The position numbers and the translations under genes are program-made. From positions 1,011-65,010 of the forward strand of contig CAMBUL010000005.1 of the NCBI GenBank assembly GCA_945871065.1: a stretch of 64,000 bases of DNA, read 5' to 3'. The DNA is from Chthoniobacter flavus (GTDB taxonomy: Bacteria > Verrucomicrobiota > Verrucomicrobiia > Chthoniobacterales > JACTMZ01). Positions 18,386 through 27,727 of the stretch are shown in pieces. Each line of letters opens with the position of its first letter. Position 1 is the first letter of the stretch. The notes under the pieces were generated by a model. The model was not told where the DNA came from. It did no database searches and saw nothing but the letters and a program-made list of their open reading frames with translations.

Positions 18386-19411
18386 TCAGCGGAGCAGCCA
18401 GGTGGCCACGCCAAAGTAAAAGAGCAGCGTGCAAATGTCTGTCAGCGCCAGAGTGAGCGGGCCGGCGGCCACCTTCGGATCAAGCTTCAGAGCGTGAAGG
18501 ACGGTCGGCACAGTCAGACCCAGAAAACACGCCATGCAAAGGGAAAGAAAAATGCTTCCGCCGATCACAAATCCCTCCAATCCCGTGCCGCGCCACGCCC
18601 AGGCAATAAGGCCGACCAAAGCTCCGCAGGCAAGGCCGAGAAGCAACGCCGTTCCCGCCTCACGCCGAAGCGTCCTTGCATACCACTTAAACGAAGGCTC
18701 GGCGGCGCGCAGAACCTGGATAGTGACCGCCACGGACTGGATACTCACACTTTCTCCGAGGCCGAGCACCAGCGTCAGAAAAAAAGCCAGGATCAGGCTC
18801 TCCGCCAGCGTCACTTCGAAAAAACCCGCCAGCACCGCACAAATTGTCCCGCTCACAATCGTGGCCAGCAGCCACGGAAAGCGGTAGCGGAACGCCTGCC
18901 ATGGTGAAGCATCGCGCACCTGCGAAATGCGGAAGCCGATCGATTCGAACAAGGCGTCCGTTTCCTCCCGCTCCGCCATATCGAACGCCTCCTCGGCCAG
19001 CAGCCCCACATCAACCACGCCCAGAATGCGCTTGTCTTTGTCCACCACGGGAAAAGCCAACAACTTGTGGAGGACAAAAGCCTCGCACCCTTCCATGATG
19101 CTGGCCGTCGCGGGAATCGTCAGCACCTTGTGCACCATGATGTCCCGCAAATGCACATCCGGCGCCGAGGTCAGCAAGCGCCGCGTCGGGAGCACGCCGA
19201 CCAAGCGCTCCTCTTCATCCACCACGTAAAAATACACCACCTTCTCCCCCAGCGCCTCACCCCTCCCGCGGATGAAGGCCAGCGCCTCACCCACCGAATC
19301 GTCTTGGTGCAGCGTAGCCACGTCCGGTCGCGCGACCGTGACAATCGGCTCATTCAAATGCTCGGGACCGGAAAACACTCCACGAACTAAAACATCTACC
19401 CTTGTACCCAC
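18386..19411 (-). CDS. mgtE: MgtE-like magnesium transporter (CBS pair + MgtE membrane domain; no N-domain)
   Basis: CBS-pair region followed by MgtE-type TM helices (FPWLLATIVSGTICAVLAGFF...). At 341 aa it is shorter than canonical MgtE. Confidence 0.75.
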   Translation of the reverse strand: MGTRVDVLVRGVFSGPEHLNEPIVTVARPDVATLHQDDSVGEALAFIRGRGEALGEKVVYFYVVDEEERLVGVLPTRRLLTSAPDVHLRDIMVHKVLTIPATASIMEGCEAFVLHKLLAFPVVDKDKRILGVVDVGLLAEEAFDMAEREETDALFESIGFRISQVRDASPWQAFRYRFPWLLATIVSGTICAVLAGFFEVTLAESLILAFFLTLVLGLGESVSIQSVAVTIQVLRAAEPSFKWYARTLRREAGTALLLGLACGALVGLIAWAWRGTGLEGFVIGGSIFLSLCMACFLGLTVPTVLHALKLDPKVAAGPLTLALTDICTLLFYFGVATWLLR

Positions 19412-19485
19412 GCGACCCTATTCGGTCGCCCGGAGACACCAGCCACTCGGTCAGACGTGGCGTTGTTGTCATCCGCCCCCGCCCC

Positions 19486-20721
19486 TCAGCGCGCCATCCT
19501 TACGCCCCTCAAGACGATCAGCCCCCCGACAAAAAAGACCAACGTCGAGAGCACCGCCACGCGCAGATCGAACACATCGGCCAGCACGCCCATGAACAAC
19601 GGCCCCACCACCGCCGCCAATTTTCCGAAGACTCCCCAAAACCCGAAAAACTCCGCCGCCCGTTCCCGCGGCGAGAGCAACGACACCACCGCGCGGCTCC
19701 CGGCTTGGCACGAACCGATGGCCAGCCCGGCCAAGTTGCCGACCAGAAAAAACATTTCTTTCGTTTGGCAAAAATAAGCCCCCACCGCGACGAGACACCA
19801 AAGCAAGAGCGCCGCGGTCAACATATTGACCGAGCCCGCACGATCCTGCCACCAACCGAAAGCCAGCGCGCCCAGAGCACTGCTGATCTGCAGGGAGGCA
19901 AAGAGCACCAGATTCTCCCTCGTGGTGAAACCCAACACCTCTGCCGAATAAATCGCGGCGAACGCCACCACCGCCCCCAACCCGCTCATGTAGAGCAGGA
20001 AGGCCCAGAAAAAACGGAGCAAATCCCGGTGCTGCGGCAAATCCCGGGCCGCCCGCAACACGCCTTCCCACCCCAGTTGCCACCACCTCGCCGCGTGGGG
20101 CTCCGGTTTTTTGCGCTCCCTCAGAAGCAGCAGCACCGGCAAGGTCGCCGCCACCATGAACAACGCCGTGACGACGAAGACCCACCGCACGCCGTCCGGG
20201 GCAACCGACAGTACCAACATGGCTAAGCCCAGCGCACCCAGCCCGCCGAGATATCCGAAACTCCAACCATAACCCGAAATACGTCCGCAATTTTCCGGCG
20301 TGCTCAGTTCGCTGAGGAAACTCGCGCAGAAATTTTCCCCGAAGGAAAATGCCGCGTAGGCCACGATGACCAACCCCGCCGCCAGCGCCAGCGTCCCCGG
20401 TCCCGTCAGCCAAAGCGCCGCGGTCCCCGCCGAGCACACCCACATCATGGAGAGAAGAAACTTCTTTTTCGATCCGGTGACATCCGCCAGCACCCCCAAG
20501 GCCGGACCGAACACCATGACCACCACCTGCGAAGCCGCCAGGATCACGCTCCACAAGGTATTCGCCCCCACCCATCCCGCCGCCACGACCCCGGTGAAAT
20601 ATGGACCATAGACCACGGTAATCACCACCGTGATAAACGCCGAGTTGGCAAAGTCGTAACAACACCACCCGAAAATCTCCCGCCGCCGCGCCGGTTCGCT
20701 CATGCGCTGCGGATTGTGCAC
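19486..20721 (-). CDS. MFS transporter (UMF1/Atg22-like family)
   Basis: 411 aa, about 12 TM segments, with an N-terminus FGWCCYDFANSAFITVVITVVYGPYF typical of this family. Confidence 0.75.
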   Translation of the reverse strand: MHNPQRMSEPARRREIFGWCCYDFANSAFITVVITVVYGPYFTGVVAAGWVGANTLWSVILAASQVVVMVFGPALGVLADVTGSKKKFLLSMMWVCSAGTAALWLTGPGTLALAAGLVIVAYAAFSFGENFCASFLSELSTPENCGRISGYGWSFGYLGGLGALGLAMLVLSVAPDGVRWVFVVTALFMVAATLPVLLLLRERKKPEPHAARWWQLGWEGVLRAARDLPQHRDLLRFFWAFLLYMSGLGAVVAFAAIYSAEVLGFTTRENLVLFASLQISSALGALAFGWWQDRAGSVNMLTAALLLWCLVAVGAYFCQTKEMFFLVGNLAGLAIGSCQAGSRAVVSLLSPRERAAEFFGFWGVFGKLAAVVGPLFMGVLADVFDLRVAVLSTLVFFVGGLIVLRGVRMAR

Positions 20722-20735
20722 CAGCGTATGGGCGC

Positions 20736-21338
20736 CTAAAACCCGTTTTCGATCACGACTTCGTCGTAAGAGAGTTGACCAGGACGTGGCCAGGAATCCT
20801 GCGTCTTTTTGCCGATGGCGATCATGAAGGAGATGACGTGGCCGGCGGGCAGCTTGAGGATCTTGCCGACCGCGTCATAATCGAAACCATCCATCGGGCA
20901 GGAATCATAACCCATCGCCTTGGCGGAGAGCATGAGGGTCTGGCCGGCCATGCCGCAGGAACGCATCACTTCATCGCGCTGCACTTGGGGTTTGCCCTCG
21001 TAATATTGATCGATCGCCGGCACGAGAAAATCCTGCACCGGTTGCGGCGCGTTGCGCCAGTAGCGGGCCGGATCCTCCTTCCAGGCATCGAGATTCCCGC
21101 AAAGGACAATCAACAGCGAGGCGTCAGTGACCTGCGTTTGGTCCCAAGCCACGGCACGGATTTGTTTGCGAATTTCCATGTTACGCACCACAACGAAGCG
21201 CCAATTTTGAATGTTGAAAGCCGTGGGGGAAAGCATGGCCAACTCGAGAAGCTCGCGCTCTTCGTCGGACGTCATCCGGTGGTTGGGGACGTAATGTTTA
21301 ATCGCGCGGCGCGCCTTGATCGCTTCGATAGTGTTCAT
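20736..21338 (-). CDS. NAD(P)H nitroreductase family protein
   Basis: 200 aa with the nitroreductase-fold signatures RRAIKHY, PTAFNIQNWRFVVV and a C-terminal FMIAIGK. Confidence 0.8.
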   Translation of the reverse strand: MNTIEAIKARRAIKHYVPNHRMTSDEERELLELAMLSPTAFNIQNWRFVVVRNMEIRKQIRAVAWDQTQVTDASLLIVLCGNLDAWKEDPARYWRNAPQPVQDFLVPAIDQYYEGKPQVQRDEVMRSCGMAGQTLMLSAKAMGYDSCPMDGFDYDAVGKILKLPAGHVISFMIAIGKKTQDSWPRPGQLSYDEVVIENGF

Positions 21339-21451
21339 CGTCGGCCAGACTGCCCCAGCCCTCCGCGGAACTCAATCCCGTCCGCGCTTCTCCCCGGAGG
21401 ACCGAATCGTGCTGCGGGAGGACCCGAAGAAGGTAGCCGCGCCAAAAATCA

Positions 21452-21480
21452 TTGCAGCGGGACCCAATGCGCGCTTTAGT
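21452..21480 (+). promoter_or_regulatory. candidate sigma70-type promoter for tRNA-Val
   Basis: TTGCAG (21452-21457), a 17-nt spacer, then TTTAGT (21475-21480), ending 16 nt before the tRNA 5' end. Pattern match only. Confidence 0.3.
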
Positions 21481-21496
21481 TTCTACCCGACCCCAT

Positions 21497-21571
21497 GCGC
21501 GGTTAGCTCAGTGGTAGAGCACCTCCCTGACACGGAGGGGGTCACAGGTTCGAACCCTGTATCGCGCACCA
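21497..21571 (+). tRNA. tRNA-Val (anticodon GAC), CCA encoded
   Basis: Cloverleaf folded by hand: acceptor GCGCGGT/ATCGCGC, D stem GCTC/GAGC, anticodon stem CCTCC/GGAGG with loop CTGACAC, variable GGGTC, T stem ACAGG/CCTGT with loop TTCGAAC, discriminator A, then CCA. Confidence 0.95.
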
Positions 21572-21581
21572 CTTTTGTCGC

Positions 21582-22229
21582 ATGGCCCTCTTCGTCACCA
21601 AAAACGGTCAGACCTTCGGGCCCCACGCTCCGGAGGAGGTGGCCATGTTCGTCGCCACCGGGGATTTCCTGCCCGAGGATTTCTGCTGGCAGGAAGGTTG
21701 GGTCGAATGGCGTCCTATTTCTTCCGTTCTTCCGGAACGCCCCGCTCCCGCCGAACCACTGGCTCTGGCTTCAGCGCCTCCCCTGGCCAGCCCGCCGCCG
21801 CCCCAGACTTCCGGACAAATCCCGGGCGACATCACGATCATCGGCACCCTCAAGCTGCCGGACGAGCGCACGGTCACCTGCCGCGTCGAGGGGGAAATCC
21901 ACAGTCCTGCCACGGTCATCATTCCGCGCGAAAACCACGTTAAGGCGCGTATTCAGGCGGAGTCCGTCCTTATTTTCGGCACGGTGGAGGGCGACATCCA
22001 CGTCACCGGACGCGCCGTGCTGAAAAGTTCCTCCACCCTGCACGGCGACATTCATGCCGCGCGGGTTCTGGTTGAAGAAGGAGCTACTTTCAACGGAAAG
22101 TCGCACGTCGCGGGCAAGAGGAGTGCATCAAGTCAGTCCGACAAGACAACGTCCTACTCGTCGCGTAAAAAAGCTACCAGCCCCGCGCCGTCAAACGCAG
22201 GCGCAACGTCTCCCTCGCGCCGGGACTGA
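21582..22229 (+). CDS. GYF_2-domain / bactofilin fusion protein
   Basis: The N-terminus (FVTKNGQTFGPHAPEEVAMFVATGDFLPEDFCWQEGWVEWRPISSV) looks like a GYF_2 (DUF4339) domain. A Pro-rich linker follows, then a bactofilin-type beta-helix repeat region (GTVEGDIHVTGRAVLKSSSTLHGDIHAARVLVEEGATFNGK) and a Ser/Lys-rich tail. Confidence 0.7.
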   Translation: MALFVTKNGQTFGPHAPEEVAMFVATGDFLPEDFCWQEGWVEWRPISSVLPERPAPAEPLALASAPPLASPPPPQTSGQIPGDITIIGTLKLPDERTVTCRVEGEIHSPATVIIPRENHVKARIQAESVLIFGTVEGDIHVTGRAVLKSSSTLHGDIHAARVLVEEGATFNGKSHVAGKRSASSQSDKTTSYSSRKKATSPAPSNAGATSPSRRD

Positions 22230-23064
22230 GCCTCCGCAGCCCCATGCCGTTGTGCACCGCGTCGGGTAGAGCGGACCAAGGCTCCACGCAGTAAAAGTCT
22301 GACTGCCTCGACTCCGTCCATGTCGTCACGGCATACCACGGATTCTCGCCTCCCTCCTCGGTCTGCCAATCGAAGACCACTTCGCGTCCGTTTTTTTGAT
22401 TCCGCAGGGTCACACCCCCGGCCGGTGGCCCGAGATGGAAAAGATCGACCAGATCCGGGGCGGAGAGCGCGCCGCCATCCTCCGGGGCAGGGGCCGGAAC
22501 GATGCGTCCTTCCGCGTCTTGCCGCGCCCATGACTGGAAGGCTCCCTCGAGAAACCAGTCGGCCCGGTCCGCGGCGGGCATTGCGAAGTAAAAATGATTC
22601 CCCACGCTATAAGGCATGGAATCCGTCCCGGTATTTTCCACCGTGAAAGCGACCGACAGAGCCTCTGCTTGCAGCGCGTACTCCACGGTGAGGACGAAAG
22701 GAAACGGCCAAGCTTCGGCCATGCTCCGATCCCATGCGATGCGCATGGTGATGCGATCGACTTTCTGACTGACGACGTCGAACCGAGCGGCCCTGACCAA
22801 TCCGTGCATTGGTGCCGGACGGACCCGGCCTGCAAGGTCCCGCCAAAATCCGATTTTTCCGTCCTGAAAAGTGCGGGCGATGAGGGGAAAGAGGAGCGGA
22901 TTACCTCCCCGGATTTTGGACGGGGCCGACCAGTCCGCGCTCTCGGGCCAATGCAACACAGGACGGCCGGCAACGGACCATCGCATGAGGCGCGCGCCGG
23001 CCGACGGCGCCAATTCCGCCACCGCTGAGGCACTGCGCAGGGTCAGCACAGCAGGAACAACCAC
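22174..23064 (-). CDS. aldose 1-epimerase (galactose mutarotase-like) family protein
   Basis: GGNPLLFPLIARTF and mutarotase-like beta-sandwich sequence. The start was taken at GTG 23064, 2 nt after the upstream stop; the ORF-track extension to 23349 overlaps the YihY gene and is rejected. Confidence 0.65.
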   Translation of the reverse strand: MVVPAVLTLRSASAVAELAPSAGARLMRWSVAGRPVLHWPESADWSAPSKIRGGNPLLFPLIARTFQDGKIGFWRDLAGRVRPAPMHGLVRAARFDVVSQKVDRITMRIAWDRSMAEAWPFPFVLTVEYALQAEALSVAFTVENTGTDSMPYSVGNHFYFAMPAADRADWFLEGAFQSWARQDAEGRIVPAPAPEDGGALSAPDLVDLFHLGPPAGGVTLRNQKNGREVVFDWQTEEGGENPWYAVTTWTESRQSDFYCVEPWSALPDAVHNGMGLRRLSPGARETLRLRLTARGW

Positions 23065-23066
23065 GC

Positions 23067-23972
23067 TTAAGCCCTCCCCTGCTCCGCCTTGGCGGCCATT
23101 CGGGCCCGGCTGAATCCTTCCGTAAAGTAGGCGCCGATGACCAGCACCTGCGCCGAGAAATACATCCAGAACAGCAGGATCATGAATGACGACATGGCGC
23201 CGTAGAACGACTCTGCGCTGAGCCATCCGAGGTAAAGACCCATGCCCAGCTTGCCGATGGCGAAGAGCAGCGCCGTGCCGAACGCTCCGAGCCAAACGTA
23301 ACGCCAGAGGACCTTCGCCTCCGGGAGCGACTTGAAAATCAGCGCACACACCGCCGTCACCATGACAAGAGTGACGCCGAATTCGAGGGAGAAGAGGAAG
23401 GTGCTCGAGTAGGGCAATTCTTCCGGAACGTATTTTTTCATCGCGGCGAGCACGGTGGTGCCGATCAAAGAAACAATGAGGAGCAGCCCCGCAACCAGCA
23501 CGCCGGCCACGGAGACGAGGTAGTGTTCAACCCACATCCACCAAGACGCCTCCCTTAAATGTGACACCCGCCAGATGAAATTCATCGATTCCTTCAACTG
23601 ACGCATCACGCTCGAGGAGGTGTAAAGGAGAACGATCACCCCGATCGACGCGGCCAACCCCGAATCCGCCCGCGAACGCACGCCAACGAGCAAACCTTCG
23701 ATCGTCACCGCGGTTTCCGGGCCGAACATCTCGGCCAGCTTGTCCCGCAATTCCTCGTTGGCCGCCGCCTCGCCGAAAACCCAACCGGCCATCGCCGTGG
23801 CGATGAGGAGGAGCGGCCCGATGGAAAAAACCGCGTAATAAGTAAGGGCCGCACCGTGCGTCATTCCGCCCTCCATGACATAGCGGTTGAAGGCCTCGCC
23901 CAGAATACGGAAGACACCTTTCCGCTTTTCCGATTGGGTCCGCCCGACTGGCTGGTCGACAACTTCCATCAA
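23067..23972 (-). CDS. YihY/BrkB family inner-membrane protein
   Basis: 301 aa with GAALTYYAVFSIGPLLLIA and 6 hydrophobic helices typical of YihY/virulence factor BrkB. Confidence 0.75.
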   Translation of the reverse strand: MMEVVDQPVGRTQSEKRKGVFRILGEAFNRYVMEGGMTHGAALTYYAVFSIGPLLLIATAMAGWVFGEAAANEELRDKLAEMFGPETAVTIEGLLVGVRSRADSGLAASIGVIVLLYTSSSVMRQLKESMNFIWRVSHLREASWWMWVEHYLVSVAGVLVAGLLLIVSLIGTTVLAAMKKYVPEELPYSSTFLFSLEFGVTLVMVTAVCALIFKSLPEAKVLWRYVWLGAFGTALLFAIGKLGMGLYLGWLSAESFYGAMSSFMILLFWMYFSAQVLVIGAYFTEGFSRARMAAKAEQGRA

Positions 23973-24041
23973 GTCCCCCAGTTTAGCGGCTCTCCGGCTT
24001 CTGGCCAGCCGCCTGTTGTCCCCCAGTCGACCGACCCGGCA

Positions 24042-25370
24042 TCACTTTCCGATGCAGAAGCTTCCGAATATTTTATCGAGCACGTCTTCGGTCTCCACCG
24101 CACCGGTGATTTCCCCGATGGCGGCCAGCGCCGAGCGCAATTCCAACGCCGTGAGTTCCGGCGGATCGGCGCGCTGCAAAGACCGCCGCGCTTCCCCGAG
24201 ATAATTTTGTGCCGCGGCCAGACAGTGCCGATGCCGCTCGTTCACCGCGATGACCTCACCGCAACGATCCAGCGTGGACAGATCGGTCCGCGCGATGACC
24301 GCGGCAACCAGATCCTCCAAGCCGCGCCCGTCGAGGCAGCACATGGCCACTTCGTCCGCGCCCGGCACCCACTCGGGCCGGAGGTCGATCTTGTTGAGTA
24401 CCCGAATTTCCCGCGCATTCGGCCGCGCAGCTTCCGCTTGGGCCGTGACATCAACAACCCGCAAGGAGACATCGGCCAGCTCAAGTTCCGCCCGAGTCCG
24501 GCGCATGCCCTCCAGTTCGAGAGGATCCGAGGACTCCCGCAATCCGGCCGTGTCGACCACGCGAAAAGGAATGCCGCGCAGGGTAAGACTTTCCTCGATC
24601 GTGTCACGGGTGGTTCCGGGGATTTCGCTGACCATGGCGCGGTCGTAACCAACGAGAAGATTGAGCAGGCTCGACTTGCCGGCGTTGGGTTCGCCGTGAA
24701 TGACCAGACGCACACCTTCGCGCAGCATGCGCCCTTCGTCGGCCGTGGAAAGCAGGTGCGCCACCGCGCCGTGGAGACGATCGACCCGTTCAAGCAAAGC
24801 CCTGCCGCCCTCCGCATCGATACCTTCTTCCGGAAAGTCGATGAAAGCCTCCAGGTGCGCCACCGCGGTGATCGCGTCCCCGCGTAATGCTTCCACCGCA
24901 CGGCCAAGGCGACCCTCCAATTGCCCAGCCGCCGCCCGGGCCGATGCCTCCCCACGGGCGGCAATCAAATCCATGACCGCCTCAGCCTGCGTGAGATCCA
25001 TTTTTCCGTTGAGAAAGGCCCGCCGCGTGAACTCGCCCGGCGGGGCCGGGTGTGCCCCCGCCGCCAGCACGGCACGCAACACGGCAGCGGCCACCACGCT
25101 CCCGCCATGGCCGCTGATCTCGACCAAATCCTCACCGGTGTAACTGCGCGGCGCCCGGAAGACGGTGAGAAGAACCTCGTCGAGCACTGCACCATCCTGT
25201 TCGACCCTGCCCCGCTGCACGCAACCGGGCGCACTCTCGGGAAGAGATCGCCGACCGCGAAAGACCCGCCCAGCAATTTGCAACGCACCCGGTCCACTGA
25301 CCCGCACAACCGCCAGGGCGCCGGCACCAGCCGGGGTAGCGAGGGCGGCAATGGTGTCCAAACCGGACAT
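24042..25370 (-). CDS. mnmE: tRNA modification GTPase MnmE (TrmE)
   Basis: 442 aa with G-domain motifs (GEPNAGKSSLLN, DTAG) and the canonical C-terminal CIGK. The start overlaps the hisC stop by 1 nt. Confidence 0.9.
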   Translation of the reverse strand: MSGLDTIAALATPAGAGALAVVRVSGPGALQIAGRVFRGRRSLPESAPGCVQRGRVEQDGAVLDEVLLTVFRAPRSYTGEDLVEISGHGGSVVAAAVLRAVLAAGAHPAPPGEFTRRAFLNGKMDLTQAEAVMDLIAARGEASARAAAGQLEGRLGRAVEALRGDAITAVAHLEAFIDFPEEGIDAEGGRALLERVDRLHGAVAHLLSTADEGRMLREGVRLVIHGEPNAGKSSLLNLLVGYDRAMVSEIPGTTRDTIEESLTLRGIPFRVVDTAGLRESSDPLELEGMRRTRAELELADVSLRVVDVTAQAEAARPNAREIRVLNKIDLRPEWVPGADEVAMCCLDGRGLEDLVAAVIARTDLSTLDRCGEVIAVNERHRHCLAAAQNYLGEARRSLQRADPPELTALELRSALAAIGEITGAVETEDVLDKIFGSFCIGK

Positions 25371-26494
25371 CAGCGCACCGCGACCAAGGCGCCGCGGTCG
25401 ACAGCTCCCTCGGCGTCAAGTTGACGCAGGGCCGCGATGAAGGCCTTGTTTTGAGGCATCGTGCCGACCGAAACACGGATCCATTCGGGCAGACCATAGC
25501 TACCCATCGCGCGGACAATCAGTCCGCGACGCAGGAGAGTCTCGAACACCTTTTTTCCGTCACCCACGCGGACGAGGACAAAATTGGCGTGGCTCGGCAC
25601 AAATTCGAGGTTCATCTCGAGGAACTGCGCCTGGAAAAAATTGCGCCCTTCGCGCGTGACCCGACGCGTCGCGTCCATGTGCGCTTGATCATGCAACCCC
25701 GCCAAGGCTCCCGCCTGCGCGATGCCGTTGGCATTGAACGGCTGCCGCGCCTTCTGCAGCACCTCGATGATTTCCGCCGCGGCCAGACCGTAGCCGATGC
25801 GCAAATTGGCCAATCCTTGAATTTTGGAAAACGTCCGTAGCACAACCACATTGCGCCCGGCCCGCACGTATTGAAGCACATCGGGCGGCTCGTCGAGAAA
25901 TTCGTAATAGGCCTCGTCGAAGACCACCATGACATGCTCCGGGACGCGCTCCATGAAACGGTCGATGTCCTCTTGGAAGACCATCGTGCCTGTCGGGTTG
26001 TTCGGATTGGCAATGAAGACTTCTTTGGTCCGCGGCGTGATCGCCCCCAGCATGCCATCAAGATCGGCGATGAAATCCGGATCGGGCACGTCGACAACCT
26101 TCGCGCCGAAGAGTTGAGCCATCAGCCGGTAAACGGCAAAGGAATGCTTCGCCACCACCACCTCGTCGCCGGGCTGCAAATAAGCATGCCCCAAGAATTC
26201 GATGATCTCGTTGGAGCCATTGCCCAGAATGACATTGGCCATGCTAAGCCCCAACTGCTCGGCCACCGCCTCGCGCAGGTAATAGCCTCCGCCATCCGGG
26301 TAAAAGTGTGCTCGATCAATCGTGTCGATCATCGCCTGGCGGGCGGCGGGAGACGGACCAAGCGGGTTCTCGTTCGAGGCCAGTTTGATGATCTCGCCGG
26401 GCGCAAGACCCAACTCCCGCGCCAAGTCCTCGACCGGCTTCCCCGGTTCGTAAGCGACCAGATCACGGAGTTGCGGGTTGGCATATTTCCACAT
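25370..26494 (-). CDS. hisC: histidinol-phosphate aminotransferase
   Basis: 374 aa class-II aminotransferase: KLASNENPLGPSP, the PLP-Lys region VVLRTFSKIQGLANLRIGY, and IRVSVGT. Confidence 0.85.
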   Translation of the reverse strand: MWKYANPQLRDLVAYEPGKPVEDLARELGLAPGEIIKLASNENPLGPSPAARQAMIDTIDRAHFYPDGGGYYLREAVAEQLGLSMANVILGNGSNEIIEFLGHAYLQPGDEVVVAKHSFAVYRLMAQLFGAKVVDVPDPDFIADLDGMLGAITPRTKEVFIANPNNPTGTMVFQEDIDRFMERVPEHVMVVFDEAYYEFLDEPPDVLQYVRAGRNVVVLRTFSKIQGLANLRIGYGLAAAEIIEVLQKARQPFNANGIAQAGALAGLHDQAHMDATRRVTREGRNFFQAQFLEMNLEFVPSHANFVLVRVGDGKKVFETLLRRGLIVRAMGSYGLPEWIRVSVGTMPQNKAFIAALRQLDAEGAVDRGALVAVR

Positions 26495-26559
26495 GCTCCT
26501 TAGATTAGCGGATCCACTGCGGGTTTGCGAGCGCTTCGCTTCGGCCCCAAGATGAACAG

Positions 26560-27000
26560 GTGCGCATCGCGGTCATTGCCGACACCCACAACCACCTTCC
26601 CTCCTCCGTGCGGGCCCATCTCGCCGGAGCGGACGAGATTTGGCATCTCGGTGACATTTGCCGCGAGGACATCCTCCAGGAGCTGCGCGGGCTCGGACCT
26701 CCGGTGCATGCCGTGCGCGGCAATTGCGATCCGCGCGGGCTGGGTCCGGAGAGCCTGATTCTGACCCGCGGAGGCCACACCTTTTTCCTCACCCACGAAC
26801 CGGTCTCGGTGGTGCCATCCGGCGCCCAATTTGCTTTGCACGGGCATACCCATGTGCCCCGCGACGAAACAGTCGGCACGGTGCGGTATCTCAACCCCGG
26901 CACCATCGGCAAGCCGAACCATGGTGCACCACCGTCTTTCGCCTGGCTGGAAATCGGGAGCGATGGACCGCCCTGTTGGAAAATCGTCGCCGTTTCCTGA
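26560..27000 (+). CDS. YfcE/MJ0936-family metallophosphoesterase
   Basis: 146 aa with the motifs MRIAVIADTHN, HLGD, GNCD and HGHTH. Confidence 0.8.
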   Translation: MRIAVIADTHNHLPSSVRAHLAGADEIWHLGDICREDILQELRGLGPPVHAVRGNCDPRGLGPESLILTRGGHTFFLTHEPVSVVPSGAQFALHGHTHVPRDETVGTVRYLNPGTIGKPNHGAPPSFAWLEIGSDGPPCWKIVAVS

Positions 27001-27046
27001 CGCTGGGGATTGAGCCCGGACCGGATTGGCCCCATAGTTAAAGCTC

Positions 27047-27727
27047 ATGAAGGTTCTTCTTGTTCCCATCCTCTTCCTTACGGCAGTCGGAGCGATGCGA
27101 GCTCAGGAGCCGGCACCTGCGGCGACTCCTTCGCCGAGCCCTTCAGGGCAGGAAATCGACGCCGGCGCCAAAGCGTCGGACCCCGCCGCTTTGGCGCCGG
27201 CCCTCCGCGAAGAGGTGAATCTGGCCGACACCGCTGATTCGGAATCCATGGAAATTCCCCCGCCGCCCGATGCCACCGACCCGGATACGTCAGGCCAAAT
27301 CACCGGTCAGCTGCCCGGCGATGAGGAAGTGCCCCAGCGACCGCCTGTCACCGGAACGGTGGAAGTCACTGCGCAAGACAATGGTAAAGTTGTCTCCGCC
27401 GAGCCGGGCAACCTCGTCCGCATCACACTCGAGTCGAACCCCAGCACGGGCTACAATTGGGAATTGCGCGACTTCGATTACGGCGCGGCGGATTTTTATG
27501 CCAGCGACGTGGTGGCACGAAAAGGTGGCAATGTTTTCGTCGGCGCTCCCGGTAATACAGTTTTTACCCTGCAGGCGGTCAAAGCGGGAACTCAGCAGAT
27601 CACCGCGGTTTACCGCCGGCCTTGGGAGGCGCCTGACCAAGTCGCAGCCACTTTCCGCTTCCAGCTGGAAGTCGCGGGCGACAAGGCGGCGCCCCTCGCA
27701 ACCCCCGAGACCTCGCCCGCGCCGTGA
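27047..27727 (+). CDS. secreted chagasin-family (I42) cysteine-peptidase inhibitor with a long low-complexity N-terminal region
   Basis: Signal peptide ([21 protein letters not shown]), then an acidic/Pro/Ala-rich region of about 90 aa, then a chagasin-like domain with [10 protein letters not shown] and the RPWE loop. Confidence 0.7.
   Translation: MKVLLVPILFLTAVGAMRAQEPAPAATPSPSPSGQEIDAGAKASDPAALAPALREEVNLADTADSESMEIPPPPDATDPDTSGQITGQLPGDEEVPQRPPVTGTVEVTAQDNGKVVSAEPGNLVRITLESNPSTGYNWELRDFDYGAADFYASDVVARKGGNVFVGAPGNTVFTLQAVKAGTQQITAVYRRPWEAPDQVAATFRFQLEVAGDKAAPLATPETSPAP

Noticed and set aside
21497-21571. tRNA-Val as the attachment site of a genomic island.
   Set aside because: There is no integrase next to it. 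No direct repeat of the tRNA 3' end was noticed downstream, and the flanking genes are ordinary chromosomal functions.
22174-22229. A 56-nt convergent overlap between the bactofilin-fusion gene and the epimerase-family gene, considered as a possible sign of mis-annotation or antisense regulation.
   Set aside because: Both C-termini read plausibly, and no alternative stop exists in either frame. Without transcript data nothing more can be concluded, so it is noted but not promoted to a finding.
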